64,000 bases of DNA, from the NCBI GenBank assembly GCA_001724265.1, contig MEDY01000019.1, positions 1 to 64,000 on the forward strand, given 5' to 3'. The translations under genes and the position numbers were made by a program. This document shows, piece after piece, positions 39,452-51,000 of the stretch. Each line of letters starts with the position of its first letter. Position 1 is the first letter of the stretch. This DNA comes from Rhizaria sp. SCN 62-66. Taxonomy: Eukaryota. The notes beneath the pieces are model-generated. The model did not search any database, had not been told where the DNA came from, and saw nothing but the letters and a program-made list of their open reading frames with translations.

Positions 39452-40038
39452 CTTTGAGGGAATGAAGGGAGCAGCGTCGTAACATTGTTTCAGCAAGAGT
39501 TGATAAAGGATGTTGATTAAAAACATCAAATATAGTATTTGATTGTTGTTTAATGTTCTCACGATTTGGATTTATGTTCAGGTTGACGTTAAGAAACGCG
39601 CGATCAGTCTTCAAGTGGAAGCGCACCCACGGTCGAGCCTGACTGTGAGCAGCCTTCACGCATCACCTCAAAGCAAGATCCAGCTGCTCGTAACAATCGT
39701 TTTGCATATTGTCAAACTAGTTTTGTTTGGTGATTGCTTCTTGTACTCTTGTTTTAAGTCTCGCTGAGTTCACACAACCGTGACAAATTCCACGTTCTTA
39801 TCTTTTCAAGTTGCGCGACAAGAAATACATTGATAAATACATTGTATTATGTAAACACGAAGTGAGCGTTTTCAATAAAGTTATTATTTAAAGGATACTG
39901 ATTGAAACATCTTTATTATTTGCGCAAACTCTGAAAAAGCTGATCTAAAAGTCCACAGTTAGGTCAAGAAACAATATTGCATAAACTTGAGCAAACTGCA
40001 GCGTGATAGGCAGGTGATGAATGCTTACCACCCCATGG

Positions 40039-40808
40039 TTACCGGGGGCCTGTGTACTCGCTTTCGGAAATAACTCCATCCTTGTTTTTGTCGTCCTGCT
40101 CCATCAACTTCTTGGCAGCGTCAGCCACCTCCGACTTCGGCACACCCTTCTTGAGTAACCACTGCTTGAGCTCAGCCATGGTGACCTTCTTGTCTTTGTT
40201 TGTGTCCATCTCGACAAAGAGGTTCGGCGGCGGCTTTACGGACAAAAGCTCCATTGTGATTTCTACAGCTGCGTTGCCGGGCACTGAAGTGGAAGAGCGA
40301 GGGCCCGCGCGCGTGCCGCGCGAACCAAATGCCCACTCTGGCGGAATCGTCAACCTGCGCTGCTCGTTCATACACATTCCGACAGCGCCGTAAGACCAGC
40401 CGGGAATGATTTCATCGCTGCCTGCAATGAAAATAATTGGCTTAGACGCGGTTGTAGAATCGAATATTGCGCCGCGCTTGCCAGTGGCAGACTTTGATGA
40501 AATGCGTCCAGTAAATGACATCTCGACAAGCTGGCCGGGCTTGACCTTACCACTGAAGAGGCAAAAATAAATGGCATAGCAAGTTGTTTGAGAACTTGGG
40601 GTCGAGTAGCATAGCACTTGCTCACTTGAATAATGCGTTTATTCTTGACGTACCCTTGGCAGTTGCCCTTCTTGAGAGTCTCGCTTGAGTAGCCGCGCGG
40701 AGGAACAATATCATTGAAGTTACTGTTGCCCTCAGAAATTGCCGCAACGACAATGCTGTAGCACAACGCTGCCAGTGAGAGCGCAATGATTGCAAAGAAT
40801 GACTTCAT
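40039..40808 (-). CDS. Secretory FKBP-type PPIase-like protein with EF-hand pair (222 aa), tandem paralogue. Exons 40808-40654 and 40552-40039
   Basis: Signal peptide MKSFFAIIALSLAALCYSIVVAA; IIPGWSYGAVGMCMNEQRRLTIPPEWAFG; EF-hands DTNKDKKVTMAEL and DDKNKDGVISESEY. Phase-2 intron at the equivalent site to its neighbour. Stop TAA. Confidence 0.9.
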
Positions 40809-41063
40809 GACGTTCAGTAGCTCTGATCCAAAACTCAACAAAAGGTTACAAGTGTCATCCTCAAGTCGCTTCCTTCTTTGAGCGATGCAAGCGGTTCTCG
40901 AAAATGCAACTTAAAGAAAGACTGTGAGTGCCCAAAAATTAGAAAAGAGAAAAATATAAGTCAATGTATTTATTACAAAAAGTACTATTTATCGGTAAAA
41001 TCAAGAAGAGAATGTTACAACCTTGAAAGTTACAACCTTCCTTCAAGTGAGCGCGCATCAGTA

Positions 41064-44000
41064 TTACGCGTCTGCAGGCGGGGGAATCGGTAGCGCAGAC
41101 CCAGTGGCCGTCGCCGCAGCTGAGAACGACACCGAGCCACTCTTCCTCACACTGGGGGTCCCGAGACTTCCAGTCGCACCGGCAGTCGCGCCCATGCGCG
41201 CGCCTGCACCTGTAGCAGAAGTCGCAGCGGCGTCGCCGTGTTCGAGCTCGCTGAGGCCGAGAGCGCGGAGCGAGTGGAAGTCGTCCTCCCTGAAGTGCGC
41301 AATCCGCACAAGTGCAGAGAGCTGCTCTGCGTCGTAGCCAACCGCGCCGACGCGCAGCTCCAGCGGCATCTTGACCTTGCCGCGGGACTTGCCCTTCCCG
41401 ACCTTGCGCAGCACCAGCAGCGGCAGCGCTGCGTCGGCCTTGGCGGCCATCATGAGCGTCAACACGTCGGCCTTGCGCTTGACGTTGCGCTCGCAGATGT
41501 TCAGGATGCGGTCGCCCTTGACAAGCCCGCACTCAGCCGCGGGGGAGTTCTCCGCCACTGCGCGCACCACTGCGTTCTTCTTGGCCTTGGTAAACTCGAC
41601 GCCAATCACGGGGTCCAGCTCGGCCACCTTGGCGCGCGCGCGCTCGGCGACGGCGAAGCGCCGCGCGTGGCCCACCAGCTCCTGCGAACGCCACTGCATG
41701 AGCTCCTCGAGCCGCACCTGGAACGCGGCGATTTCGCGCTCTGCGCGCACGGCGCGGTCCTGCACGCGCCCGTTGGCCTCCTCCGCGGCGGCCAGCTGCC
41801 ACTGGAGCTGCGCGACGAGCTGCGACGCGTGCTTGTTCTCATCGTCGAGTCGCTGCACCGTCGTCTCGCGCGCCGCGTGCTGCGCCGCAACCTCGCCGCA
41901 CGACGCGTGCGCGGCCACGGCGGTCGAAAGCTCCTGCCGCACGCGGCCCAGCTCGCTCTCGGCGGCCTCGGCACGCGCCCGCGCCTCGCCGCTGGCGCGC
42001 TTCTCGGCCGCAAGCTCGGCCTTAAGCAGCTCCACCAGCTGCAGCGCGCCCGCGGCCTCGTTCGCGGTGGGCGCCAGCGTCTCATTTTCGCCCGCGAGCA
42101 TCTTGTGTTCGCGCCAGAGCCCTTCCAGGTCGCCGCGCGTCGCGACGGCCTTCTCACGCCACTCCCAGGCCTCCTTCTCCGCGCGCGCGCACTCGGCCCG
42201 CGCGCCATCCGCGGCGGCCTCCGCGCGCGCCGCGGCCTCGCGCTCGCGGTCCACGTCCCCGCGCAGCGCCACAGCCACGCGCTCGAGCCGCTCGCACTCG
42301 GCCTCGAGCGCCGAGACCGTCTGCGCCGTCGCGGCCAGCTCGCCCCCCGCCGCCGTGAGCGCGGAATGGTGCAGGAGCTCCAGCCGCGCCAGGCGCGCCG
42401 CGCTGGCCGCCACGGCCGTCTTGGTGTTGAGCGGGCAGTTGATGCCAACGGGCGCGCCCGTGGCGGCCGCCAGCGCGCTCAGGCGCGCGGGCCCCGCGGA
42501 GGTGCGCGAGAGTGCCGTCGCCGCCGCCACGGGGTCCGTGGTCTCGGTCAAACTGACCGCCAGCACCTTCTTAGCGCTCGCGCCGTTGCTGTTGTCGGCG
42601 ACGGCTGCAAGCACAGTGCTTGTGGTAGCGTTCGCGTTGGCGTAGGCGGCAGTGTTGGCGAACGCGTTGTTGTGAGCCTTGGCAGCCTGCTCAGCGCGCG
42701 TGATGGCTTCGTCGAGCTCGCGGACGGCGGCCTGCGTGGCCTCGATGCCGTCAATGCCGCGCAGCTGCTGCTGCAGCAAGAGAGCCGACAGCGACCGCTG
42801 CGTGTGGCCCAGGCGGCGGCCCAGCGCGGCGTGCTCCTCGAGCGAGCGCTGGTAGCGCAGCTTGAACGTCTCCAACTCGTCGACGCGCTGCGACAGCGCG
42901 CGCCGCTCGGCGTCGCTAGCGTGCAGCCGCTGCAGCAGCACCGAGTGCGCCGCGGCGTCAACGTCGACGAAGGAGCCGCCGTCCAGGCGCACCGTCTGCG
43001 AGCCCGCGCCGCCGGCCCCAGCGGCCGCGGAGATGGCCGTCATCGTGTGGCTGCGGCTACTGCCGACGCCGGTGCCGGTGCCGGCGCTCGTGCCAGGGCG
43101 GCGCAGCGACGCGAGCAGGCCCGCGTTGGGGCCGCTGAGCGCCGTGGCCGTCGTCGCGGGAAGCGCGGGAGCCGGCAGGAACACGCCTCCGGTCTCGCTG
43201 GCGGCCGCGAAAGAGGAAAACCCTCCCGTGGCCGTCGCGTTGCGCGCGGACAGCGCCCCGTGCGCGCCGCCGTTGTAGGGCGCGGCGGCGGCGACTGCAG
43301 CGCGCGCCGACGAGGCCAGGCCCTCGGTAAAGCTGGCGTCAAAGCGGCGGCCATGTCCGAGCGTCAGCTGCAGCTGCTGCTGCTGCTCGCGGTCGCCCTT
43401 GATCAGCCGCGCAGATGCCTGGCGGTACACCCCGGAGGTCATCAGCGGGGCAGGGCCGAAGCCGCCGCTCGCGCCCGCGCCAGCGCCAGCGCCCGCCCCC
43501 GGCACGTAGCTGTTACCGCTGCCGTTGTTGTTCGCGCCAGAGCCGGCGAGCGTGACGGGATGCGCGGCGGTGGAGCGACCAAGTCCAGCGCCCGCGGCCG
43601 CGGCCGTCGCGGCGGCGGCGGCGGCGACGCGCGCCGAGGTCGGCACAATCACGCGGCCCGCGGACAAGCCCGCGGCGACCGACGCCGCGGCAGACGGGTT
43701 GCTCAGGTGCGGCGGCACGCCGGTAGCGACGAAACCGGCGTTGTTGTTGTTATTGTTATTCGCGGCGGCGGCGGCGGCGGCGGCGGCCTTGGCGATGCCG
43801 GCGGCGGAGGGCGCGATGAGGTAGCCGCCACGCTTGCCGGCGTTGCCGTTCACGCCCAAGCTCACTGCGCCCGCGTCCCCCCCGTCTCTGCTCGGAGCGC
43901 TGGCGCTGGCCGTGTTACTGACGCGCGCCGAGAGCGTGGCCGGATGGGGGTCGGTGACCGAGGGCGGCAGCGCGTGGGTCAGCGACAACGGCCGCGGGTG

Positions 44001-45629
44001 CGTCGAGTGCACCACCAACGCCTCCGTTGCAACCGCGGCGGGACCCACGTGTGTACCCCCATGTGTTCCGGCATGAGTGCCGGGGCGGGAGGGCGACAGG
44101 GGCGTGGCGCGGCCGTATCCAGCCGCCGTCGCGCTGCCGCTGCCGCTGTTATTGTTGTTGTTGCTGTTGTTGTTGCCGGTAGGGTTGAAGCGGTTCGCAA
44201 GCAGCGCGCGCGCCGAGGCCGGTAGCTGTCCCGTCGCCGTCGCCGCTGCAGTCGCCGCCGCAGCATCGTCGCCGCCCTGAGCGGGGTTTTCATACGTGAT
44301 CACAGTACCCTGACCGTGTCCCTGACCGTGGCCGTGGCCAGCGGAGTAACCGCGGGCACTCACGCCTGACGGCGCCTGCGACTGGGACTGCGCCGACTGC
44401 GGCGGCGGTGTCCCGTTGCCGCCAGCGCCGCCGCCGAGCAGCGTGGGCGGCCGGTAGGGCTGCGAATGCACGCCCCGCGTCCGCGGGTCCTCGTACGGCG
44501 ACGCGTACGGACGGAACCCGGCGTGGCCGTGGCCGTGGCCGTGGCCTTGCTGCTGCTGCTGCTGCTGCTGCTGGGGGTGACCGTCACTCGCACTGCCGTT
44601 GGCGTTGTTGCTGTTGTTGCTGTTGTTGTTGTGAGCGTAGAGCTGCAAGAGCTCGCCACCAGTCGCACTCACGCTGAACCCACTCCCACTCCCAGCAGCA
44701 GCAGCAGCAGCAGCAACGCTACTGTCGCTGAAGCTCCCGGTGCCGTTCACCCCGTCAGCGCCGTAAGCGGCAGCAGCGTTGGGGTGCACGGTAGGGACCT
44801 TGCATGCGGCCGCGCGCGACGAGGCCGTGGGTTGCGCGTACGAGGGCGGGGGGCCGCTCGACACCGGCAGCGGCGGCCGCGGGGACGGCTTGATCGCAAA
44901 CGGCACGCTCGACGCCGCGCCAGAGCCGCTAGCGCCGCTGCTGACGCCGCTGCTGTTGTTCGTGTTGCCGTGAGATGCGGAGTCGCGCGACGTCGGCCCC
45001 TCGCCAGGGGGCTGTGCCGACGAGGGCTGCGGCTGTGGATGTGGCTTGCGGGCGCGCGCGCCGGTCGCGGGCGAGCCGTTGCGCGACGACGAAGAAGAAG
45101 GCTTGGAGCTCGCCGTCGCCGTCGCCGTCGTCACCGCGTGTGCGTCGCCGACGCCCGCAGTGGCGGTCACTGCGGCGGCGGCCGAGTCAGAGAGCGAGTC
45201 GGCGGTCGTCACAGCGGCAGACGCGGACGCGGGGGCGGGCAAGGCGCTGTTGTGCTTGCGCGTGGCGCGGCGCGCGCTGCCAACGCCAGTCCCGCCCTGC
45301 GCGTGCGAATTAGCGCCGGAGCCGGGATGGGTATCGGGCGACGAGGGGCGCTTGTCGCCCTCGGCCGCGGCGGCCGAGGGCGCAGCGTGGGGCCCGCGGG
45401 AAATGGACGTGGGGTGGTTGAGTCCACCGCTAGTCCGGCGGGCCTTTTTGCGTTCTTTGGCAGCCGTGGTGAGCTGCTGGTTCATGCTTTCGCGGCCCTG
45501 GGCGAGCATTTGCTTATACAGCAGCTCCATCTTCTCCTTCGTCATCGGGGCAGAGGCCGCGGGGGCCGCGGCCGCGGCTGGCTCCGCGGACAAGGAAGGG
45601 TCCGGGAGGGCTGCGGTGGCGTCGGCCAT
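41064..45629 (-). CDS. Large low-complexity/coiled-coil protein with a C-terminal PDZ domain (1,521 aa)
   Basis: Uninterrupted ORF from ATG 45629. Ala/Ser/Gly/Asn/Gln-rich N-terminus, heptad-rich E/A/R/L region (~42950-41620), and PDZ-like VIGVEF…VVRAVAENSPAAECGLVKGDRILNI. Stop TAA. Confidence 0.8.
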   Translation of the reverse strand: MADATAALPDPSLSAEPAAAAAPAASAPMTKEKMELLYKQMLAQGRESMNQQLTTAAKERKKARRTSGGLNHPTSISRGPHAAPSAAAAEGDKRPSSPDTHPGSGANSHAQGGTGVGSARRATRKHNSALPAPASASAAVTTADSLSDSAAAAVTATAGVGDAHAVTTATATASSKPSSSSSRNGSPATGARARKPHPQPQPSSAQPPGEGPTSRDSASHGNTNNSSGVSSGASGSGAASSVPFAIKPSPRPPLPVSSGPPPSYAQPTASSRAAACKVPTVHPNAAAAYGADGVNGTGSFSDSSVAAAAAAAGSGSGFSVSATGGELLQLYAHNNNSNNSNNANGSASDGHPQQQQQQQQQGHGHGHGHAGFRPYASPYEDPRTRGVHSQPYRPPTLLGGGAGGNGTPPPQSAQSQSQAPSGVSARGYSAGHGHGQGHGQGTVITYENPAQGGDDAAAATAAATATGQLPASARALLANRFNPTGNNNSNNNNNSGSGSATAAGYGRATPLSPSRPGTHAGTHGGTHVGPAAVATEALVVHSTHPRPLSLTHALPPSVTDPHPATLSARVSNTASASAPSRDGGDAGAVSLGVNGNAGKRGGYLIAPSAAGIAKAAAAAAAAANNNNNNNAGFVATGVPPHLSNPSAAASVAAGLSAGRVIVPTSARVAAAAAATAAAAGAGLGRSTAAHPVTLAGSGANNNGSGNSYVPGAGAGAGAGASGGFGPAPLMTSGVYRQASARLIKGDREQQQQLQLTLGHGRRFDASFTEGLASSARAAVAAAAPYNGGAHGALSARNATATGGFSSFAAASETGGVFLPAPALPATTATALSGPNAGLLASLRRPGTSAGTGTGVGSSRSHTMTAISAAAGAGGAGSQTVRLDGGSFVDVDAAAHSVLLQRLHASDAERRALSQRVDELETFKLRYQRSLEEHAALGRRLGHTQRSLSALLLQQQLRGIDGIEATQAAVRELDEAITRAEQAAKAHNNAFANTAAYANANATTSTVLAAVADNSNGASAKKVLAVSLTETTDPVAAATALSRTSAGPARLSALAAATGAPVGINCPLNTKTAVAASAARLARLELLHHSALTAAGGELAATAQTVSALEAECERLERVAVALRGDVDREREAAARAEAAADGARAECARAEKEAWEWREKAVATRGDLEGLWREHKMLAGENETLAPTANEAAGALQLVELLKAELAAEKRASGEARARAEAAESELGRVRQELSTAVAAHASCGEVAAQHAARETTVQRLDDENKHASQLVAQLQWQLAAAEEANGRVQDRAVRAEREIAAFQVRLEELMQWRSQELVGHARRFAVAERARAKVAELDPVIGVEFTKAKKNAVVRAVAENSPAAECGLVKGDRILNICERNVKRKADVLTLMMAAKADAALPLLVLRKVGKGKSRGKVKMPLELRVGAVGYDAEQLSALVRIAHFREDDFHSLRALGLSELEHGDAAATSATGAGARMGATAGATGSLGTPSVRKSGSVSFSAAATATGSALPIPPPADA

Positions 45630-45981
45630 GGGGAGCGCAGCAGAGGCTGGCGAGGGGAGAGCCGCGCGGGGAAAGAGGGGACGGCTGAAGTGGGTCGGGA
45701 CAGACGGAGAGTGGAAAAGCGTTTCTAAAGAAAAGAAAGGGCTGTGTGAAAATGGCAGAGCTTGCAAAATATGAGCAGAATAATTATGGTGTTGTAAATT
45801 GAGGCAAATTGGTTTTGTGTCTGTTAACGGATGTCTGACGTCAATATACCTATAAATAAGACTAGCCGTTACAGCCTCCTGAGGGTCGCCGAGCGGAAGC
45901 ACTGGGGCGGGAAGAGCAGCGCACTAATCCAGATATGTCGACGGCAAAACGTTTGTCAAACAAAGTTGTTTCACGGCCGCC
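45630..45981. promoter_or_regulatory. Short divergent intergenic region (putative bidirectional promoter) between the PDZ gene and the TRIC-like gene
   Basis: Head-to-head start codons only 352 nt apart, with an AT-rich core. Inferred from layout only. Confidence 0.45.
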
Positions 45982-47412
45982 ATGTTTGACGCAGCTGTTA
46001 ACACATTTTATTCTTTTTTTGAGCTCCACGGCGACACCCTGGAGCACATCTGCGGCCTGGTGAACTGGGTGAACATCGTCAACACCGTGCTCCTGGTGCT
46101 TACCGACCTGCGCCTCTTCCGCCTCGCGCACCCTTCCCGCGCACACTCGGCCATCGAGGCTCTTATTGCGTACCTTTTCTGCGGCTGGGGCGGCGGTATC
46201 GTTGTCGGCGCCATCCTGGGCGAGCCTCCCGTGTTCCTCGGCGTCGGCAACTGGACCGGCTTCATCGCCGGCGCTCTCCTCACCCTCCTCCTCCGCCGCG
46301 GCGTCCCGGACCGCGCCCTCACCGCGCTCGTTGCCCTCCGCGCGGCGCCCGCGCTTGCGCCCGCGCTGGACACTGCGGCGGCGTTCATCGACGCGCTGTG
46401 CCTTGTCGGCGGAGTCGAGCGCGCGCTTGACGCGGCAGCGCATGACTACGCGCGGTCGCTGCCCAACGCGCTCGTCTGCGGCGTCATGGCCGCCAAGGGC
46501 GGCGGCATGGTTGCGGCCGCACTCAACCTCAAGGGCGAGTGGCGCTTCCAGCGGATCCCCATGTTTGCCGCATGGGCGACCGTGAGCAAGCAAAGCGACA
46601 TCTGTGACAGCAGAGACAGCTATGACGGCGACAGTATCGGTGACGTCGGTGCAAACAACTCGAAGTCAGCCGCCAGCGCTGCTCGCGCGGCCCGTCTGCC
46701 CGCCGCCGCGGTGGATTGGGCGCTCTTCCACTTCACGGTTGCCCTCTCCGCGCTGTACAGCGTGCTCCTTGCGGCCCACGGCGCGCAGACCGGCGCCGTG
46801 CCTGTCTTGAGTGCGTTTGGCATCAGTGTCAGCGTGGGGGTGTCGACGGCGCAGATCTGCGTTATTCGTGCCGCTATCATCGCCGTCTTTACGCTGACGC
46901 ACGTGCTGGCAACGCCCGTTGCGACCGCGATCTACAACAGCAAGTGCAACGGCTACATCACTAGCAGTATCATCAGCAGCAGCAGCAACGTCAGTGTTGA
47001 AACCACGAAGCAGGCGACTGTTGGCAAGTCTGCTGCTGCTGAGACCGATGTTGCCACGGATGCTGAGATCGTGACTGTGAGCGACAGCTCGAGCTCCGAC
47101 TCCAGCGCAGCCAAGAGCCGCAGCCGCGCACGCAGTAACAGCCGTGCACGCAGCAACAGCCGCGCACGCAACAGCAGCGTCGGCCGCGCGCGCAAAGGCG
47201 CTGCCGAGGCGCCCGAGGGGCTGCGGGCGCGCGCCGCCGCCGGCAAGAGCAACGGCAAGGCTGCTGCGCGCAGGGGCAAGGGCGATGTGAGCGACGACGA
47301 CGACGATGACGATAACGATAACGACACCGCTGCCGCTGCCGCTGCCGTTGCCGTTGCCGCTGCTGTTCAGAGTAAGCGTGCCGCTAAGGGCATGACTTCT
47401 CGCGTGCGATAA
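45982..47412 (+). CDS. TRIC/TMEM38-like trimeric intracellular cation channel family membrane protein (476 aa)
   Basis: About 7 hydrophobic helices with two repeat Gly motifs, CGWGGGIVVGAILGEPP and GVMAAKGGGMV, resembling TRIC (LLGEP and KG(S/A)G motifs). Basic/acidic C-tail. Stop TAA. Confidence 0.65.
   Translation: MFDAAVNTFYSFFELHGDTLEHICGLVNWVNIVNTVLLVLTDLRLFRLAHPSRAHSAIEALIAYLFCGWGGGIVVGAILGEPPVFLGVGNWTGFIAGALLTLLLRRGVPDRALTALVALRAAPALAPALDTAAAFIDALCLVGGVERALDAAAHDYARSLPNALVCGVMAAKGGGMVAAALNLKGEWRFQRIPMFAAWATVSKQSDICDSRDSYDGDSIGDVGANNSKSAASAARAARLPAAAVDWALFHFTVALSALYSVLLAAHGAQTGAVPVLSAFGISVSVGVSTAQICVIRAAIIAVFTLTHVLATPVATAIYNSKCNGYITSSIISSSSNVSVETTKQATVGKSAAAETDVATDAEIVTVSDSSSSDSSAAKSRSRARSNSRARSNSRARNSSVGRARKGAAEAPEGLRARAAAGKSNGKAAARRGKGDVSDDDDDDDNDNDTAAAAAAVAVAAAVQSKRAAKGMTSRVR
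47122..47172 (+). repeat. 18-bp tandem repeat encoding (SRARSN)x~3 in the TRIC-like tail
   Basis: agccgcgcacgcagtaac agccgtgcacgcagcaac agccgcgcacgcaac. Confidence 0.8.
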
Positions 47413-48043
47413 GATTTTGTTATTCGGCGTTTTGTTTATGGAAGAGTACGTGGCGACGGGAGCGATTCGCGCGTGAAATACATAGTTTGGCTTGATTAAT
47501 GTGCGCTTATGAGCGACATAACCGTGACTGCGTTTTCTCGTGCTCTCTGATGACTTTTGATCAAGAATGAAAAGGATATGGAACGCTGAAACGAAAACGC
47601 CTTGTTTGTTTTTTTTAAAAATATATTGGAATCCGTTTTAAGCAAGGAAAAAAATGTGGCATAAATATTTCTTTGAGTTTGGAGTCAATTTTTTTTCAGA
47701 GTCTATATTTAAAATTTCTCCCTCGGTACTCATTTTTTCAAGATATTTCCTGCGTTTTCTCATGTTATACACAACCAAAGGGAATAATACAAACAATACC
47801 AACATTTAAAGTTTTTTTTGTAGCTGATTATAGCAATTTTATTCCAGAAAATTCATACGAGATGCGTCAAACCCGAGAATAGTGGTTTGCCACGAAGAAG
47901 GCAAGCTGAGGGCGCCTCTGAGCGTGATCATTTCAGTTGTCGGAATCTCTTTCTATTGACCGTCTTTGCTTCTATCTGTCAGACACAAGACTAAACTCAT
48001 TTATTTTTGTACTCAATTTAAATTATAGACTTCAAATAGTACA

Positions 48044-51000
48044 ATGGAGGCTTCTGCCGCGCCTACAAGGCGCGGGGGCAGCCACTAGTCTGCGTCGGTC
48101 CTCTACTCCCACCCTGGCTCTAGCATAGTCGCTCTCTTACGCGAGCTTGAGCTATCTCTTGGCCTTAACCGCCCACAACACGCTGTATCCCACCAGCGCA
48201 CCGCGCCCACACCTGCGTCCACGCTGATCGGCCCTCTCCCAGCGCCGGTGCAAGTCTCGCGCCCTCTCCTGTCAGTCGCCACATCCGCTGCTTCCGCTGC
48301 TGCTGCTACCTCAACTGGCGCTGCCCCGTCCTCCGCGAGCATCAACGCACCCGTCCGCAGCTACGCGCGCCGCCCGCGCCGCACTGCAGCGGCCCTCAGC
48401 GCTGGTTCCGGCTCAAACACTGCAAGCCTGTCGCAGTCGCAGTCTCACCAGTCTCACCGGTCTCACCAGTCTCATCACTCTCATCACTCTCATCACTCTC
48501 ATCAGTCGCTCCTGTCACAGTCGCAGTCTCTGTCTATGATGGACACGTCTCGCGTGCGCTTCCTTCTTGCCCCGCGCCGCCTACCGACGCACGTGTTTGA
48601 GCTCTTGCTGAACTCGCTGCCCCGCTGGCACGCGCGCGCGCCGCCGGACTCCCCGTCCGTGTTGCGGTCACGGCTCGCCGCGCTGTGCTTCGCGCTGCGC
48701 CGCGTGGGTCACGGCGCGCGCGCGGACGCCGTGGAACACGTGGTGCACATGCTCCTCGGCCAGCAGCGGCAGCAGCAGCTGGCGCAGCAGCGTGCTCCTT
48801 TTGGCGCAGCAGAGGGGAAAACAGGGCTGTATGCGATCGTCCCAGTCGCAGGTGCTTCTGCAGCCTCTGCTTCAGCTTTAGCCTCAGGTGCAAGTGTACT
48901 TCCAGCATTACCGGTGTACATTGCGCCTTTGCAGTTGTACAACACCGATATCAATGCCAACTACGCGCACTCTGCTTCTGCTGTTACTGCAACTCGAAGT
49001 ATTAACGGAAGCAGCACCAGTCGTGTGCAGGCTCTCGGCGTCCGCGTCTCGCACCCTTACACAGCCAATCCCCTTACATCGTTGCAGTACATTAATAATA
49101 ACATTAACAACAACTCTGACAACAGCAGTCATCACAGTCGCTCAGCCTCAGCCTCAGCCTCAGCCTCAGCCTCAGCCTCAGCCTCGGCCTCTTCGAATGC
49201 CCCGCCCGCAGCGTTCGTGTGCTCTCTCACCAAGGTCTCGTCCGTACTTGCTCTGCTGCTCGAGCTCGCCGGCTCCGGCTCCGACACTGCGTCGCCCGCG
49301 GCCCTTGCCACGCCCGCACTCGGTAGCAACGACGTCAACGGCGCAAACGTCATCTCTCATGCTAGCGTTGCGAGTACTGCGCTGCTGGGGCCATTAGACT
49401 CGCGCTTAGCCGCGCTGGGCGGCGGCGTCGACAGCTGCGGCGTCGTGACTGTGCCCCGGTCAACGTACCGCGTCAACGCCGGTGTTGGCGATGTCAATGG
49501 CGCGGGCGCTGTGGTTAGCGCTGGCGTCATGAGTGCGAGTGCGGGGTTGAGCGAGCGACTGGCGACGTTTCCGCAGCATCTCGTCATTTCGCGTGCGCTG
49601 CTCACCGCTGCAGCCTCGAGCTACGCGTATAGCAGTCGCTGCAACACGGACAGTCGCAGCGACGAAAGCCGCTACGCACACATTGAAGCGTCTTTTGCTG
49701 CAAACAAAAATGCAAACTCGTTCTCTGCTGCTCACAGCTCCATTATCGCATCTGTTGACGCATACGCTGGCTTTGATGACAACATGAGTCCTCGTAGCTC
49801 CGATGACTGTGCGGCGGTGCCACCATTGCACCCCGCCTTTGGAGTGCTTACACTCGACGGCCTACTTGACGACTACGATTCAAGCACTGCTAGTGGTAGA
49901 AACAACTACGCCGCGACATCGCGGCTTAACTTACACGATCACACGCGGCCTAACTTAGCGCCCCCAATCGCGCCCCTGACGGCCCTGCCCCTGCTGCCCG
50001 CCGCGCTGGACGACAGCGACATCCGTGCAATCATGGCGCAACAAGACGCCACTGCTGCTACTGGAGCAGCTGCTGCTGCTGCTGCTGCTCGAGGTTACTC
50101 CGCTGATAGCGCTCGTAGCCCCCACAGTACTGGCGGCGGAGGCGGGCTGAAGCAATTTGACTGGGGATCCTTGGACACACCCATTGATGTGGACGTTGAC
50201 GTTGGTATTGACTTTGCTGGCGCTAAAATCAACACACAGGCGCAGTCGCATTTCCAGCCGCACTCGCAATCCCAGCTCCACCCAGAGCCTCAATACCAGT
50301 CACGGCGTGCTGGCGCGCCCATCTGCACTCTGTCGTTCACCGAGTGCGTCCGGCAGTCCGCCACACAGTGCGCCACGCAGTCCGCTAGACCGTGCGTTAC
50401 GCAGTGCGCTGCACAGTGCGTTGCACAGTGCGCTCAGCACCCGTGGCGCGGCGCGGTCGAGGGCCGCCGCGATCGCTGCGCCGTCGCGGCCGCAGTGGCG
50501 GCGCTGATGCCCGCGTGGGAGCGCGCGTACGGTGCCGGCGCAGTTATCACTGGTGACGTTGGCGATAGCGATGAGGAGACAGCGCTGTTGCGCGCTGATG
50601 ATACCGCGCCCCGTGCTATCACTCAAGAAAGCAGCTGTAACGGCAACGGTCGCAGCAACGACGTTCTTGCGCTCACATTTGATGACCCACAGGCTCGCGC
50701 GCGTCGAGTCGGAGTGACTGTGGGCAATGAAGTGATCGTGGGCAGCGCAGCGCCCGTGGGCGTGCGCGGTGGCTGCCCGTGGGGCTGGGCCCTCGCCGCG
50801 GCGCTCGCTGGCGCGCCGACGCCCGGGTTTGTCACCACTGCGCCGTGCTCGATCCACTCACAATCGCAGTTGCCATCGCCGTTGCAGCAGCAGCCACAGT
50901 GCGCGTGCTCTTTGTTCCGCATCGCGCCCGCATTCACTACCACAACCTCTCTCTGGGGCCTCTCACACACTGACTCTGGCGTCAGCTCCGGCGCTGCTGT

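Noticed and set aside
41238-44225. 995-aa plus-strand ORF and many other overlapping/antisense ORFs (e.g. 2817-3941, 34168-35340, 62012-63037)
   Set aside because: Shadows of GC-rich, codon-biased real genes on the opposite strand or in another frame, with no recognisable domains.
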